DNA of 64,000 bases from Candidatus Sericytochromatia bacterium (GTDB taxonomy: Bacteria; Cyanobacteriota; Sericytochromatia; S15B-MN24; JAQBPE01). Of this stretch, positions 36,110 through 45,805 are shown piece by piece. The stretch spans positions 197,087-261,086 of the forward strand of contig JAYKIL010000008.1 in the NCBI GenBank assembly GCA_035284745.1, in the 5' to 3' direction. How positions within the stretch are numbered: the stretch's first letter is position 1; every line of letters starts with the position of its first letter. The notes under the pieces are model-generated. The model worked only from the letters and a program-made list of their open reading frames with translations, was not told where the DNA came from and did no database searches. A program made the translations under genes and the position numbers.

Positions 36110-37924
36110 TCAGGTCACGACGGTGGCTGTCTGGTACATCTCTTCTATTTGCTTGGCGAAATTTGTTTGAATGACCCTGCGCTTTAACTTCAGCGTGGGG
36201 GTGAGTTCATCATATTCCGCCATAAACATACGGGGCAGCAAACTGAACCGCTTAATTTGCTCGTAGCGCGCAAATGAACGCCCGGCGTTGTCCACTTCTC
36301 TGGCGAACAAAGCCTCTACCTGGGGATGTCTCAAGACCTCCTCCAGCGGTTGACCACTCAAACGCTGTTCTTGCAGAAACGATTGCAAGGCATCAACGTT
36401 TGGAACAATCAACGCTGTGATGTAATGACGTTGATCCCCAACAAGCATGGCCTGCTCGATCAGGTGGCTTCCTTTGAGAGCATTTTCTATAGGCTGGGGG
36501 GCTACATTCTTGCCATTCGACATAACGATGATTTCTTTCTTGCGGTCCACGATGCGAATACGCCCCAGGCTGTCGAATTCCGCAACGTCACCTGTCGCAA
36601 AAAACCCCTCCGAATCAATGGCTTGAGCCGTTGCCTCGGAATTGTTGTAGTACCCTTTCATGACATTCGGGCCCCGCACGAGAAGTTCTCCATCCTCTGC
36701 GAGTTTGACCTCTACCCCAGGCAGGGGGTGACCCACCGTGCCGTAGCACACCTGTCCCGGTCGATTGAGCGCGACCACGGGGCTGGTTTCCGTCAGGCCA
36801 TAGCCCTCAATAATTTCAATGCCTATCATTCCAAAAAATAATCCGACATCCGCAGGCAGAGGCGCCCCCCCGCTCACGCAGAGTCGTAAACGTCCTCCCG
36901 TGCGCTCGCGAATTTGACTAAACACCAGCGAATCAGCAATTTGCTGTTTGAATGCCAAATCGAAAGGACGCGGCGCACCCGCCATTTGGGCTTTGCGATA
37001 GGCCTGCCCCACGTCACACGCCCACTCGAATATTGTGCGCTTAACAGCCGATTCGTGAGCCATTCGGTCAAACACGCGCGCGCGAATCTTCTCAAAGAGA
37101 CGCGGGACGGAGGTCAGCATCGTTGGACGAACTTCAAGCAGATCATCAGCGACCGTCTCGACGCTTTGTGCGAAATAGACGTGGCCACCCGCATGGACCA
37201 CCCCAAAGTTTGAAATTCTCTCCAGAACATGGGAAAGCGGCAGAAACGACAAAGCCACATCTTCTCGATGAATCCCGACGATGGGAACAACCTCCAGTAC
37301 ATTCGACATCAGATTGCCGTGGGTCAACATGGCTCCTTTCGGCTCGCCCGTCGTTCCACTGGTATATACAATGGTCGCCAGAGATTCTTTCGTGAGCATT
37401 TGACGCCGCGTTTGCAACTCCATTTCGTGGTGGTGAGCCACCCGTTCTCCCAGAGCTAACAGGTCGTCAAGGTAGTAAACGCGTTGCTCTTGGGCCTGAG
37501 TCTGAAGCGGTGACATCACCACGATGTGCTGCAAGGCGGGCACTGAGCCTCTGATTTCTACAATTTTTTGGTACTGTGCTTCGCTCGACACCAGAATTAA
37601 TTTTGCGCCGCAGTTATTCAGAATATAAGCCGTTTGTGCGGCCGTCAGCGTCGGATACAACGGAACTGTAATGGCGCCCGCCATCAGGATGCCTTGGTCA
37701 GCCATCACCCACTCAGGTCGATTTTCCGAAAGCAATGCAATCCTGTCCCCAAATTGAGTTCCAAGCTCAATCAAGGCCAAGGCAAGGCGGGTCACCCTTG
37801 TGCCGTAGTCCCCATAATTGATAGACCTCCAGCCGCCGGCTGTTTTCCAACTGAGCGCAGGCCTTGAAGGACTGCGGGAAACCGTCGCCAGAAAAGAGTC
37901 AGTGAGCGTATTCAGGTCGGCCAT
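36110..37924 (-). CDS. fadD: long-chain-fatty-acid--CoA ligase (FadD-like)
   Basis: AMP-binding motifs YTSGTTGEPKGAMLTHGNL, GYGLTETS, GDVAEFD...GRIRIVDRKKEII. Confidence 0.85.
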   Translation of the reverse strand: MADLNTLTDSFLATVSRSPSRPALSWKTAGGWRSINYGDYGTRVTRLALALIELGTQFGDRIALLSENRPEWVMADQGILMAGAITVPLYPTLTAAQTAYILNNCGAKLILVSSEAQYQKIVEIRGSVPALQHIVVMSPLQTQAQEQRVYYLDDLLALGERVAHHHEMELQTRRQMLTKESLATIVYTSGTTGEPKGAMLTHGNLMSNVLEVVPIVGIHREDVALSFLPLSHVLERISNFGVVHAGGHVYFAQSVETVADDLLEVRPTMLTSVPRLFEKIRARVFDRMAHESAVKRTIFEWACDVGQAYRKAQMAGAPRPFDLAFKQQIADSLVFSQIRERTGGRLRLCVSGGAPLPADVGLFFGMIGIEIIEGYGLTETSPVVALNRPGQVCYGTVGHPLPGVEVKLAEDGELLVRGPNVMKGYYNNSEATAQAIDSEGFFATGDVAEFDSLGRIRIVDRKKEIIVMSNGKNVAPQPIENALKGSHLIEQAMLVGDQRHYITALIVPNVDALQSFLQEQRLSGQPLEEVLRHPQVEALFAREVDNAGRSFARYEQIKRFSLLPRMFMAEYDELTPTLKLKRRVIQTNFAKQIEEMYQTATVVT

Positions 37925-37934
37925 GCGAGTCTCC

Positions 37935-38864
37935 TTAGGCTAATGGGGGAGCAAGCGTCTGCTTGAGATGATTTTCTATGGCTTGTCTCGTGTTCCCGGT
38001 GCGGTGCGAGCGCAAGAGCAGAGCCTTCACCTTTGCCCGCGTTCGACCAGCAAGTGCGGAGGCCAAAGCGATAGCCGCTCCGTTGTGGTTTTGGCTGACA
38101 AAGCGATCAAAGAGTGGGTAGGAAGCATCCCAGGTCGTGGGGCGCCCGACACAACAAGCCACTCGGCGATAAATAACAAGATTCAGTGTACCGGATTGGA
38201 AAGCGGGCTCAAAGGGATCGAGCCGCTGCACAAGGTGCGCGGGGAGGGTGATCTGCCACGGCGAATTGAGAGGCGTCAGCGCAACAGGAACAATGGGTAA
38301 AAACGGGATCTTAGCCTTGAGAACGGCCAGCGCAAAGGTTTTGTGAAAATCCGCAGGCTCACGCCACGGTTGCCCGCATCGCATCCCGTCCAGACCCTCA
38401 GGAAAAATACCCACCACCTGCCCGTCGCGCAACAAGCGCCCCACATCCTGTATGAGCGTCCGAGATCGAAGGGTCTGGGTATGGCGCAACGGGACTGCAC
38501 CAAGTAATTTTGCAAAAAAACCCACCACAGGTAATTGCGAGACAAACGATGCAGACACCCAATGAATCGGTCGCTCAATGGCCGTGGCGATAACCCAGGG
38601 GTCTAGAAAGCTTGGGTGGTTCGATATGATGACTCCGGGCCCCGAGCGCGGGACGTGATGGCTCCCCGTCGCAACCACTGAATAGGAGGCGCAGGAAGCC
38701 AATATCCTGCGGAACACGGCATACGGGAACTCGCTCACTCCCTTGTGTGTCACGGTCGTGGTTGCTCTCTGAGAGACGGAGTGAGAAAAATCACGGCGAT
38801 ACTCCAAGTAAGCGTTGCGCATTTCGACACGCCACCGCTCGAACCTCGCTGGGACTGAGAGCAC
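37935..38864 (-). CDS. plsC: 1-acyl-sn-glycerol-3-phosphate / lysophospholipid acyltransferase (PlsC family)
   Basis: HxxxxD motif NHPSFLD and FPEG motif (IFPEGLDG). Confidence 0.8.
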   Translation of the reverse strand: MLSVPARFERWRVEMRNAYLEYRRDFSHSVSQRATTTVTHKGVSEFPYAVFRRILASCASYSVVATGSHHVPRSGPGVIISNHPSFLDPWVIATAIERPIHWVSASFVSQLPVVGFFAKLLGAVPLRHTQTLRSRTLIQDVGRLLRDGQVVGIFPEGLDGMRCGQPWREPADFHKTFALAVLKAKIPFLPIVPVALTPLNSPWQITLPAHLVQRLDPFEPAFQSGTLNLVIYRRVACCVGRPTTWDASYPLFDRFVSQNHNGAAIALASALAGRTRAKVKALLLRSHRTGNTRQAIENHLKQTLAPPLA

Positions 38865-39702
38865 TCAGAACATTCTCGAGCGCAACGTTTTGTTGCAAAA
38901 GCGGAAAGTCAGAACCCATTAATACACGATGAACTCCCAGGCGATCGACAGCCGTCCGAATAACTTTGGGGGGCTGCCACGATGTCTCAACAGAAACGTG
39001 GAGGTATTTCTCCGCCATTTCAATGACCGCCAAGTGCTGATCCCAGCCAATGTGGGCTATCGTGATGCTAACCCTCGGAAACGCCGCGATGACGGGCCTC
39101 AGCGTCGTGGCATCGTCGAAGCCATCCATTTCGAAGGGAAAAGAGCCCGTGTGAAAAAAAACAGGCAGTGTGTGGTCTTGTGCCACGGCCATAATCTCAT
39201 ACAGCCGATGCTCTTCCCCCAAAGAGTCTTTCTTCGCCGGGTTAATCTTGACGCCCGCAACCTTATGCGTCGCGATGGCAACCTCGAGTTCCTCCACAGC
39301 TCGTTCATTTGCAGGATCGGCAGATGCAAACAAACTGAAACGCCCCGGGTGCCCCTCTATGCTTTTAGCCACATCATCAGTGCCAAAAAATGGCTCAATG
39401 GGGCACACCACCACGTGTGAGATGTTACTTCGATCCATGCTTTCCAGCAGCAACGTGATTGTGTATTTTTCAAGAACTCGGCTGATCTCCTGGAAGGCAT
39501 ACTCATTGATACTTCTGTAAAGAAACCGGCTGAAGGGGTCTCGAAAATGCATCCCGCAAAGACCCGCCACCTGACGCGTCAATGGCTCCATCAGGTTCGC
39601 GAATTCCCTGTTGAATACTCCTCCTATAGTTGCAGGCTCGGTAACTGGAGCGGTTCCTCTCAAATGAGCGTGAAAGTCGATTAGGGGGAAGTCCAATTCC
39701 AT
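38791..39702 (-). CDS. amidohydrolase-2 family metal-dependent hydrolase (TIM barrel)
   Basis: N-terminal LIDFHAHL metal-binding motif and HIGWDQH...D pattern. Confidence 0.6.
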   Translation of the reverse strand: MELDFPLIDFHAHLRGTAPVTEPATIGGVFNREFANLMEPLTRQVAGLCGMHFRDPFSRFLYRSINEYAFQEISRVLEKYTITLLLESMDRSNISHVVVCPIEPFFGTDDVAKSIEGHPGRFSLFASADPANERAVEELEVAIATHKVAGVKINPAKKDSLGEEHRLYEIMAVAQDHTLPVFFHTGSFPFEMDGFDDATTLRPVIAAFPRVSITIAHIGWDQHLAVIEMAEKYLHVSVETSWQPPKVIRTAVDRLGVHRVLMGSDFPLLQQNVALENVLSALSPSEVRAVACRNAQRLLGVSP

Positions 39703-39840
39703 ACGAGGTCCTGCGTTGAAAAGCTACAATGAGTTTGATATACCCGCAAATACAGCGAGCATCAAGGGCCAAGCGACAAAACGCGCCTGGCCCTTGATGA
39801 TAAAGACGAAGAATCAGAGTGGGGTGAGGGGGCTCAAACC

Positions 39841-40077
39841 CTACACTGCGTGCGCGTAACCCAGTGACCGCCAGGTCATCTGCAGGGCCACGTCGTAAAC
39901 GGACACCTCCCCTACGACCTCCCCATAGCGTACTTTCCGAAAACACTCTTTATCACGGGTCATTTCAAGGCCGCAGTCGTGGCACAAGTACCGTTCACCA
40001 TACGGCGTCGCATTCACGAGATGCGTCTCACAGTCAGGGCACTGGAGCGCGATCCGCCCGCTGTACGTTGCTGTCAT
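39841..40077 (-). CDS. small zinc-ribbon protein
   Basis: Internal start MTATYSGRIALQCPDCETHL...CHDCGLEM gives 78 aa with two CxxC pairs. The longer listed ORF start is unlikely. Confidence 0.35.
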   Translation of the reverse strand: MTATYSGRIALQCPDCETHLVNATPYGERYLCHDCGLEMTRDKECFRKVRYGEVVGEVSVYDVALQMTWRSLGYAHAV

Positions 40078-40510
40078 AGCCCTACTCCTCTTGATGGCCC
40101 CTTGAATCCCGTGTCTCGGCCAGCGGGAGATGCAAGGGTTTGGACTGTTCACGCGGCTCGTTCTCTTGTCTGGACACAGGCTCTGAAGACACGACCACTC
40201 TGGGATCGAAAAACGAACCTGCACGAACCGTTTGCTCCTCCAGCACAATCAAGTGGAGGGACACGCCGACCCCCGCCTATTTAATCCCGGTTTTAGACAC
40301 CAAGGAAAAGACGAGACCGACACATATTTAGCAATTTGGCGGAAAAACCGCTGACGGCCTACCTCATGCTTGACGCCACCCAGGCCCAGAGCAGGAAACT
40401 GCCTCTTGAAGGAACCTCGCAGGGGTCTTTAACTGACTTTACTTACAATTCTACAATTTCTAGTATACCCCAACTTTGGGCAAAATCGTCAAGGTATCCC
40501 CGCTCGACAA

Positions 40511-42661
40511 ATGATACGGACGACTGGGCTGTGCTATTCTGATCAGCCTGCGGCGTTGAATTCGATACTTGGTCTTTTTATGGTGCCGGTCCCCGGGAAA
40601 TTTTCACATATTTACCAGCTGGAAAGCCCTTTGTCAGAGGCATTCTTCGAGACCTGGGATGCCAAAATAGCGTCCCGCGGAGAGAGAGTTGGCCTGTCTC
40701 CGGATGCGGCCCGGCGGGCCGCCCACGAGTGCTGGAGTGCCGTCGTTTTTTGCGCGAGAAACGATGGCAGCAGGGTTTCCCTCGACCCCTCTGAGGGTTC
40801 CTGGCTGGCCTCAGTTCGGCAGGATTTGAGTCTTGAGGGAATTTCGCGCCTTCTGTTACAGCTTGACCACACGCTCCGTGAGGCACTGTGGAAGCTTGGG
40901 TTATCCGCTCCTGACTGGCAGGCGTTGGTGGCGTGGCAAGCAAGTTTTTTTGAATTCACGATGGATGAATTGGTGACTTGGGGGCGCATAAACCACGGGC
41001 ATCAAGTTCAATTGCGAGACGAGGTGGCATTTTTTCGCCGTCTCTCCAGGCTTCTCGAAACCTCAAGCGACCCAAGAGATGCCTTGAACGCTGTGGTCAA
41101 AGAAACGGCCCGGGTTCTTAATTGCGAATTTTCGGCGGTCTTGTTACCCAGTGAATCCGAACGTGGGGTTCTGCATATCGCTGCGGTCGAGGCCCCGCCC
41201 CTGTTGGCTGGAGCCACGCGGGGAATGACTTTTCCACTGGGGGGAACTGGCATTGTTGCCCAGGCATATTTGACCGGAGCCCCCGCAAGCTCAGCTCACC
41301 CGATCGTTGACTTAGACCTGACCCTGCGGCGCAGGCAGACCCTCGAGGGCTTAGGGTTTTCAGATATGCTCGCCTATCCATTAAGCCTTCACGGCACGGT
41401 AGTCGGTGTCTTGTGTCTCGCAAGCCGCACTCACGACCGTCCTTGGCAGGCTTATGAAGACGATTGGCTGGCGGCTATCGCAACCCAATTGGCACTGGCG
41501 GTCAAGGTCCTGGAAAGCCGAAAGATTCTGCAAGACGCGCAGTCAGAGGCGAACACGTGGATTGAGACGATGCTGGGGCTTGCTGATCCACTTTTGCGTG
41601 AACGTGGCAAATGGGTGGGTCAAGTGTCTCGCATTATCGGCCAGCGTTTGGGCTTGGGAGAGTCGTACTGTCACGGGTTAGAACAAGCTGGAAAACTGCA
41701 CGATATCGGTCACGTTTTCTTGCCGGACGCACTCAGGCGTCGCCCCAGTTCACTTTGGCCGGAAGAGTTAGAGATGCTTCAACAAACCCCCGAGCGAGGG
41801 GCCGCCTGGGTTGAAAACATCTCGGTTTTACGCCATTTGGGTCCCGCCATCAGGCACCATCACGAAAGATGGGATGGTGTCGGGTATCCTTCGGGATTGA
41901 AGGGTGACGAAATCCCCTTGGCGGCAAGAATCCTTGCAGTCGCCAGTGCGTTCGTGACCGCCACGGCCCTACCGATGCGGGAGCCAGCCCTAACAGCCGA
42001 CGCCGTGCGGGGTCGTCTAGAACTGGAGTCAGGTTTGAAATATGACCCCGTAGTGGTTCAGGCGTTATTTTCGGATCCGGTGACGGTCCCCCACACGGTG
42101 ACCGAAGAGCAGGAATTTTCTGAAAACCCAACTGCTGAAGGGTTTTTCCCCGACCTGACATCGCTGGCTGGGCGTCTCATTTCGACCATTCACAGGATGG
42201 CCGCCCTCTCGTTTTCGGGGGGCTTTCCGCCCGTTTTCTGGACAACACTTCAGGAGCTGTGTCCGCACGATGCGGCAATCTTGTGGGAACGTGATGACAG
42301 CGGGTTGATGACTCTTTCAGAGGTCCGTGGCTTGCCTGCGGACCTTCGGGGTACCCGTGCCCAAGCTGAGAGCCTGGAAATTTACGCCGCGCTGTGTCGT
42401 GTTCCCGCGGGAACGATGGATGTGGCGGGTGATCCACGATTTATGGCGCCAAATTGGCTTACCGCAAAGGAATTGAGTGCAGCAGTCGCTTTCCCACTTT
42501 TGACCGTCGATCGCGTGATTGGCGTTCTTACCCTCTATCGAAGGTCGCGTGCACCCTTTTCTGGAGCAGAATTAACGCTGGGTGAATTGGCGGCGACAGT
42601 GGCAGCACAGGCGCTGGCTCCGCTGCTGGAGAGTACCCGTTCCCAGGGAGGTGCGCGATGA
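40511..42661 (+). CDS. GAF-domain / HD-GYP phosphodiesterase-type signalling protein
   Basis: Central HD-GYP core: HDIGHVFLPD ... HHERWDGVGYPSGLKGDEIPLAARILAVASAF. Flanking GAF-like regions. 716 aa. Confidence 0.8.
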   Translation: MIRTTGLCYSDQPAALNSILGLFMVPVPGKFSHIYQLESPLSEAFFETWDAKIASRGERVGLSPDAARRAAHECWSAVVFCARNDGSRVSLDPSEGSWLASVRQDLSLEGISRLLLQLDHTLREALWKLGLSAPDWQALVAWQASFFEFTMDELVTWGRINHGHQVQLRDEVAFFRRLSRLLETSSDPRDALNAVVKETARVLNCEFSAVLLPSESERGVLHIAAVEAPPLLAGATRGMTFPLGGTGIVAQAYLTGAPASSAHPIVDLDLTLRRRQTLEGLGFSDMLAYPLSLHGTVVGVLCLASRTHDRPWQAYEDDWLAAIATQLALAVKVLESRKILQDAQSEANTWIETMLGLADPLLRERGKWVGQVSRIIGQRLGLGESYCHGLEQAGKLHDIGHVFLPDALRRRPSSLWPEELEMLQQTPERGAAWVENISVLRHLGPAIRHHHERWDGVGYPSGLKGDEIPLAARILAVASAFVTATALPMREPALTADAVRGRLELESGLKYDPVVVQALFSDPVTVPHTVTEEQEFSENPTAEGFFPDLTSLAGRLISTIHRMAALSFSGGFPPVFWTTLQELCPHDAAILWERDDSGLMTLSEVRGLPADLRGTRAQAESLEIYAALCRVPAGTMDVAGDPRFMAPNWLTAKELSAAVAFPLLTVDRVIGVLTLYRRSRAPFSGAELTLGELAATVAAQALAPLLESTRSQGGAR

Positions 42662-43524
42662 ACCGTTTCGGTTGGCAGGGTGGAGCAATGTACGCCTCAC
42701 TGGTTGCCTTGACGCTTTTTACGACCGGGCCCTTCCTGTGGCTCCTCGTTACTGCATTGCGCGGTGAGAGAGAGAATATTTTTCAATACCCGCCTGTCTT
42801 GTGGCCCCAGGCTCCCACCCTGGAAAACTTTTCAGCGGTGTGGGTGGCAGTCCCTTTCCCTCAATACGTGGTGAACAGTATTGCCGTCGCGTTAGTGTCC
42901 GTCGTGCTCAATCTAGTACTCGCCAGCCTCGCAGCGTACCCCCTCGCACGAATGCAGTTCCGGGGCCGCCAAGCCGCTTTCTTTGCTATTCTGGCGACCA
43001 TGATGGTTCCTTTTCCCGTCATTATGATTCCGTTGTTCACTCTCGTGATGAAGCTCCACGGGGGCCTGCTCAGTGCGTTACCTGGCGCCTTGCACAACGA
43101 CTATTGGATTTACACTTGGCTTATTTTGCCCACAGGCGTTTCGGCGTTTGGGATTTTTCTTATGCGACAAGCGTTTGCAGCCATTCCCAGAGAGCTTGAG
43201 GAGGCAGTTCTCATGGACGGAGGGAACGCGTGGCATATTTGGTGGAAAGTGATGCTTCCGCTGTCTCGACCCGCGCTGGCGACCCTCGCGATCTTTACCT
43301 TTGTGGGCTCGTGGGGCGATTTTTTGTGGCCGCTGGTAATTTTGAACGACCCGAAACTCTACACCCTGCCCGTTGGGGTTGCATATCTGGCGGGTACTTT
43401 CAGTGCAAACTGGCGCTGGATAGCGGCGGGTTCCGTGCTCGCCATTGTACCGATTATTTTATTCTTCTTGTTGATGCAGCGGCATTTCATCGGTGATGCC
43501 ACGGCGGGTGCCGTCAAGGGTTGA
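42658..43524 (+). CDS. carbohydrate-type ABC transporter permease (MalG/UgpE-like)
   Basis: 6-TM protein with EAA loop (EAVLMDGGNAWHIWWKVMLPLSRPAL). Start overlaps the HD-GYP stop (ATGA). Confidence 0.8.
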   Translation: MNRFGWQGGAMYASLVALTLFTTGPFLWLLVTALRGERENIFQYPPVLWPQAPTLENFSAVWVAVPFPQYVVNSIAVALVSVVLNLVLASLAAYPLARMQFRGRQAAFFAILATMMVPFPVIMIPLFTLVMKLHGGLLSALPGALHNDYWIYTWLILPTGVSAFGIFLMRQAFAAIPRELEEAVLMDGGNAWHIWWKVMLPLSRPALATLAIFTFVGSWGDFLWPLVILNDPKLYTLPVGVAYLAGTFSANWRWIAAGSVLAIVPIILFFLLMQRHFIGDATAGAVKG

Positions 43525-43606
43525 TTGCGGCAACCGCGTCAAGGCCGTTTTGAGATGAAGGTTTCAGCCAAGACTACCTAAGGGTCTCCGCCCCCTTCCA
43601 CTATGT

Positions 43607-44179
43607 TTGTTCAGAACGGCAAGGGAGGAGATGATGGCGACACCGGAACACTCTATCCAGCGGACTGCGCTGAATTTCACTTACCTCAACTGGTCAGAAC
43701 TGAGACGCGAGGTGGGCTGTAGGGCCCGAGAAATAGAACAAGCACGCTGGGCTCTGGGGGATCTCCTGGCCCACACGTACAGCGATTTCGAGAAGACGCC
43801 ACAGTTGGCGGCCGCCTTTGACGCGGCTGGAATATCGTGGCGCGATCTGTCGGAGGCCATTGGGGTGCCGGTCACAGACCTTAAACGCTACGCGAGGGTC
43901 GCTACGGCATTTCCGCGGCGGAAACGAGTTTCGGGAGTGGGTTGGGAGTATCATTCGGCGGTGCTCGGCGCACTGCCCAGTGCCAGTCTGACAGGCCGCC
44001 AAAAATGGTTGCGAGAAGCGGCCCGTCACAATTGGAGTATCCGGTCTTTGATCAAGCGGATAAAACGTTCGAACATTGAATCTGCCCCCTTTAAGCCTCG
44101 CCCACTGTCCAGCAGTGACCCTAAGAAGAATCGCGACTCTTTGCTCCGCATCAAGCAAATGAGACAGGAAAAGCGTTGA
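43607..44179 (+). CDS. hypothetical protein
   Basis: 190-aa basic protein with no recognised motif. Start may be at internal MMATPEH. Confidence 0.35.
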   Translation: MFRTAREEMMATPEHSIQRTALNFTYLNWSELRREVGCRAREIEQARWALGDLLAHTYSDFEKTPQLAAAFDAAGISWRDLSEAIGVPVTDLKRYARVATAFPRRKRVSGVGWEYHSAVLGALPSASLTGRQKWLREAARHNWSIRSLIKRIKRSNIESAPFKPRPLSSSDPKKNRDSLLRIKQMRQEKR

Positions 44180-45336
44180 GCGGGTATACAAGCAGCGTGA
44201 AACCCGCAAGGACCGAAAGCATGAAGAAACGTCTGACCATTCTTGCAATTTTGTCTCTTGCCTTCTGCGCGGGCCATCCTCCGGCGCACGCCGGTCAACT
44301 GAGTGCACGCGCGGCCGGGTCGGTGATCGACGGTGAGTCCCTCTTTAAACAAGGCTTGCAGGCTGCTAAGAATGGATCGGTTGAGCAGGCGAGAGCTTTG
44401 TTCCAGCGATCGTTGGCGGCAACACCGGAACAGATTGAGCCATTGGTTCACATAGGAATTGCCCTGGCAGACCTGGGTGCTTACGAGTTTGCCCGGTCGG
44501 CGTTTGAGCGCGCGCTCAAATTAGGGCCTGATGATGCAGCTGCGCTCAATGGGTTGGGTTATGTTTATTATCGACTCGATCACCACGATGATGCGATTCT
44601 CTATTACAGAAAAGCGCTGTTGAAAAAAGAAGATCCGCAATATCGATTGAACCTGGGACTGGCCCTGCTCGCGCAATCTCGTTGGGGACAGGCGGAAGAT
44701 GAATTTCGATTGGCAATCTGCGGGCGCCCCTCCGATTATTGGGCCCTGAATAACTTGGGTTACGCGTTGCAGTTGCAGGGAAGGAACTCTGCCGCCGTTG
44801 CAGCATTCCAAGCAGCCATCGATAAAAGCACGGGTGATCTGACGGCGCACGGCAACCTGGGAGCTTTGTTGGTGGCAGCGGAGGCTTGGCCGCAAGCAGC
44901 GCGGGTATACGGCAATGCCCTCAAGGTGGATGACACCTACGCGGACGCACATCTAGGACTGGCGAATGCCTTGACACAAATGGGCAAGGTGGACCAAGCG
45001 ATCTTAGAGTTGCGTGTTTTGTCACGCCTCCGCGCACCCTCGGCCCCCGCCCATCACCTGATGGCCGAATTGTATGCGCACCGAAATGAAATTTCCGCAG
45101 CCCGGAGGGAAGCGGAGCAGGCGGTTGCCCTCTCCCCCGAAGAAGCGACTTATTACCTCACGTTGGGGCGGATTTACGACACCCTTGGGCTGAAAAATCG
45201 CGCTGCCGGGGCATTTAAACGGGTTTTGCAATTAAAACCGTCCACGCAGGAGGCCGATTCTCTGAGGGCGTGGTTGCGCAATTATCGTGTGCCCGACCGC
45301 TATATTCCGCTCGCTTCTTGTAATTTTCACGCGTGA
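44176..45336 (+). CDS. TPR-repeat lipoprotein
   Basis: Signal/lipobox (LSLAFCAG) followed by about 8 TPR units (ALNNLGYALQLQGR..., AHGNLGALL...). Confidence 0.6.
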   Translation: MSGYTSSVKPARTESMKKRLTILAILSLAFCAGHPPAHAGQLSARAAGSVIDGESLFKQGLQAAKNGSVEQARALFQRSLAATPEQIEPLVHIGIALADLGAYEFARSAFERALKLGPDDAAALNGLGYVYYRLDHHDDAILYYRKALLKKEDPQYRLNLGLALLAQSRWGQAEDEFRLAICGRPSDYWALNNLGYALQLQGRNSAAVAAFQAAIDKSTGDLTAHGNLGALLVAAEAWPQAARVYGNALKVDDTYADAHLGLANALTQMGKVDQAILELRVLSRLRAPSAPAHHLMAELYAHRNEISAARREAEQAVALSPEEATYYLTLGRIYDTLGLKNRAAGAFKRVLQLKPSTQEADSLRAWLRNYRVPDRYIPLASCNFHA

Positions 45337-45374
45337 ATGATGACCGCAGCGGGCGCGGATGCTAGGATATAACT

Positions 45375-45721
45375 GAAGTAGGCGGGGCCATCGCGGCCGT
45401 CAAGAGCGGCTGAGGAAAGTCCGAGCTCCGCAGGGCAAGACGCTGGGTAATACCCAGTGGGGGTGACCTCGAGGACAGTGCCACAGAAAGATACCGCCAG
45501 GGCGTGCGCCTGGTAAGGGTGCAAAGGTGGGGTAAGAGCCCACCAGCAACAGGGTGACTTGTTGGCTCGGCAAACCCCGTCTGGAGCAAGATCGAACAGG
45601 GGATGTGAGGCTGCCCGCTGATCCCCGGGTTAGGTCGCTAGAGGTCGTTGGTAACAACGATTCGAGATAGATGATGGCTGCCCCAAACGGGGTACAGAAC
45701 TCGGCTTACAAGCCTGCTTCC
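45375..45721 (+). ncRNA. rnpB: RNase P RNA, bacterial type A
   Basis: Conserved regions present: GAGGAAAGTCCGAGCTCC (CR-I), GGTAAGGGTGCAAAGGTGGGGTAAGAGCCCACC (CR-II/III), GGCAAACCCCG (CR-V), ACAGAACTCGGCTTACAAGCC (CR-IV). P1 pairing GAAGUAGGC/GCCUGCUUC defines the ends. Confidence 0.8.
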
Positions 45722-45750
45722 AAAAGGGGGGCCCGTGCCCCCCTTTTGCT
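45722..45750 (+). terminator. rho-independent terminator of rnpB
   Basis: AAAAGGGGGG-cccgtg-CCCCCCTTTTGCT. Confidence 0.65.
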
Positions 45751-45805
45751 GTGCCTGAATCCGCGGTAGCATTCATACACCCTCGGATTATGTTCCAAGT
45801 GATCG

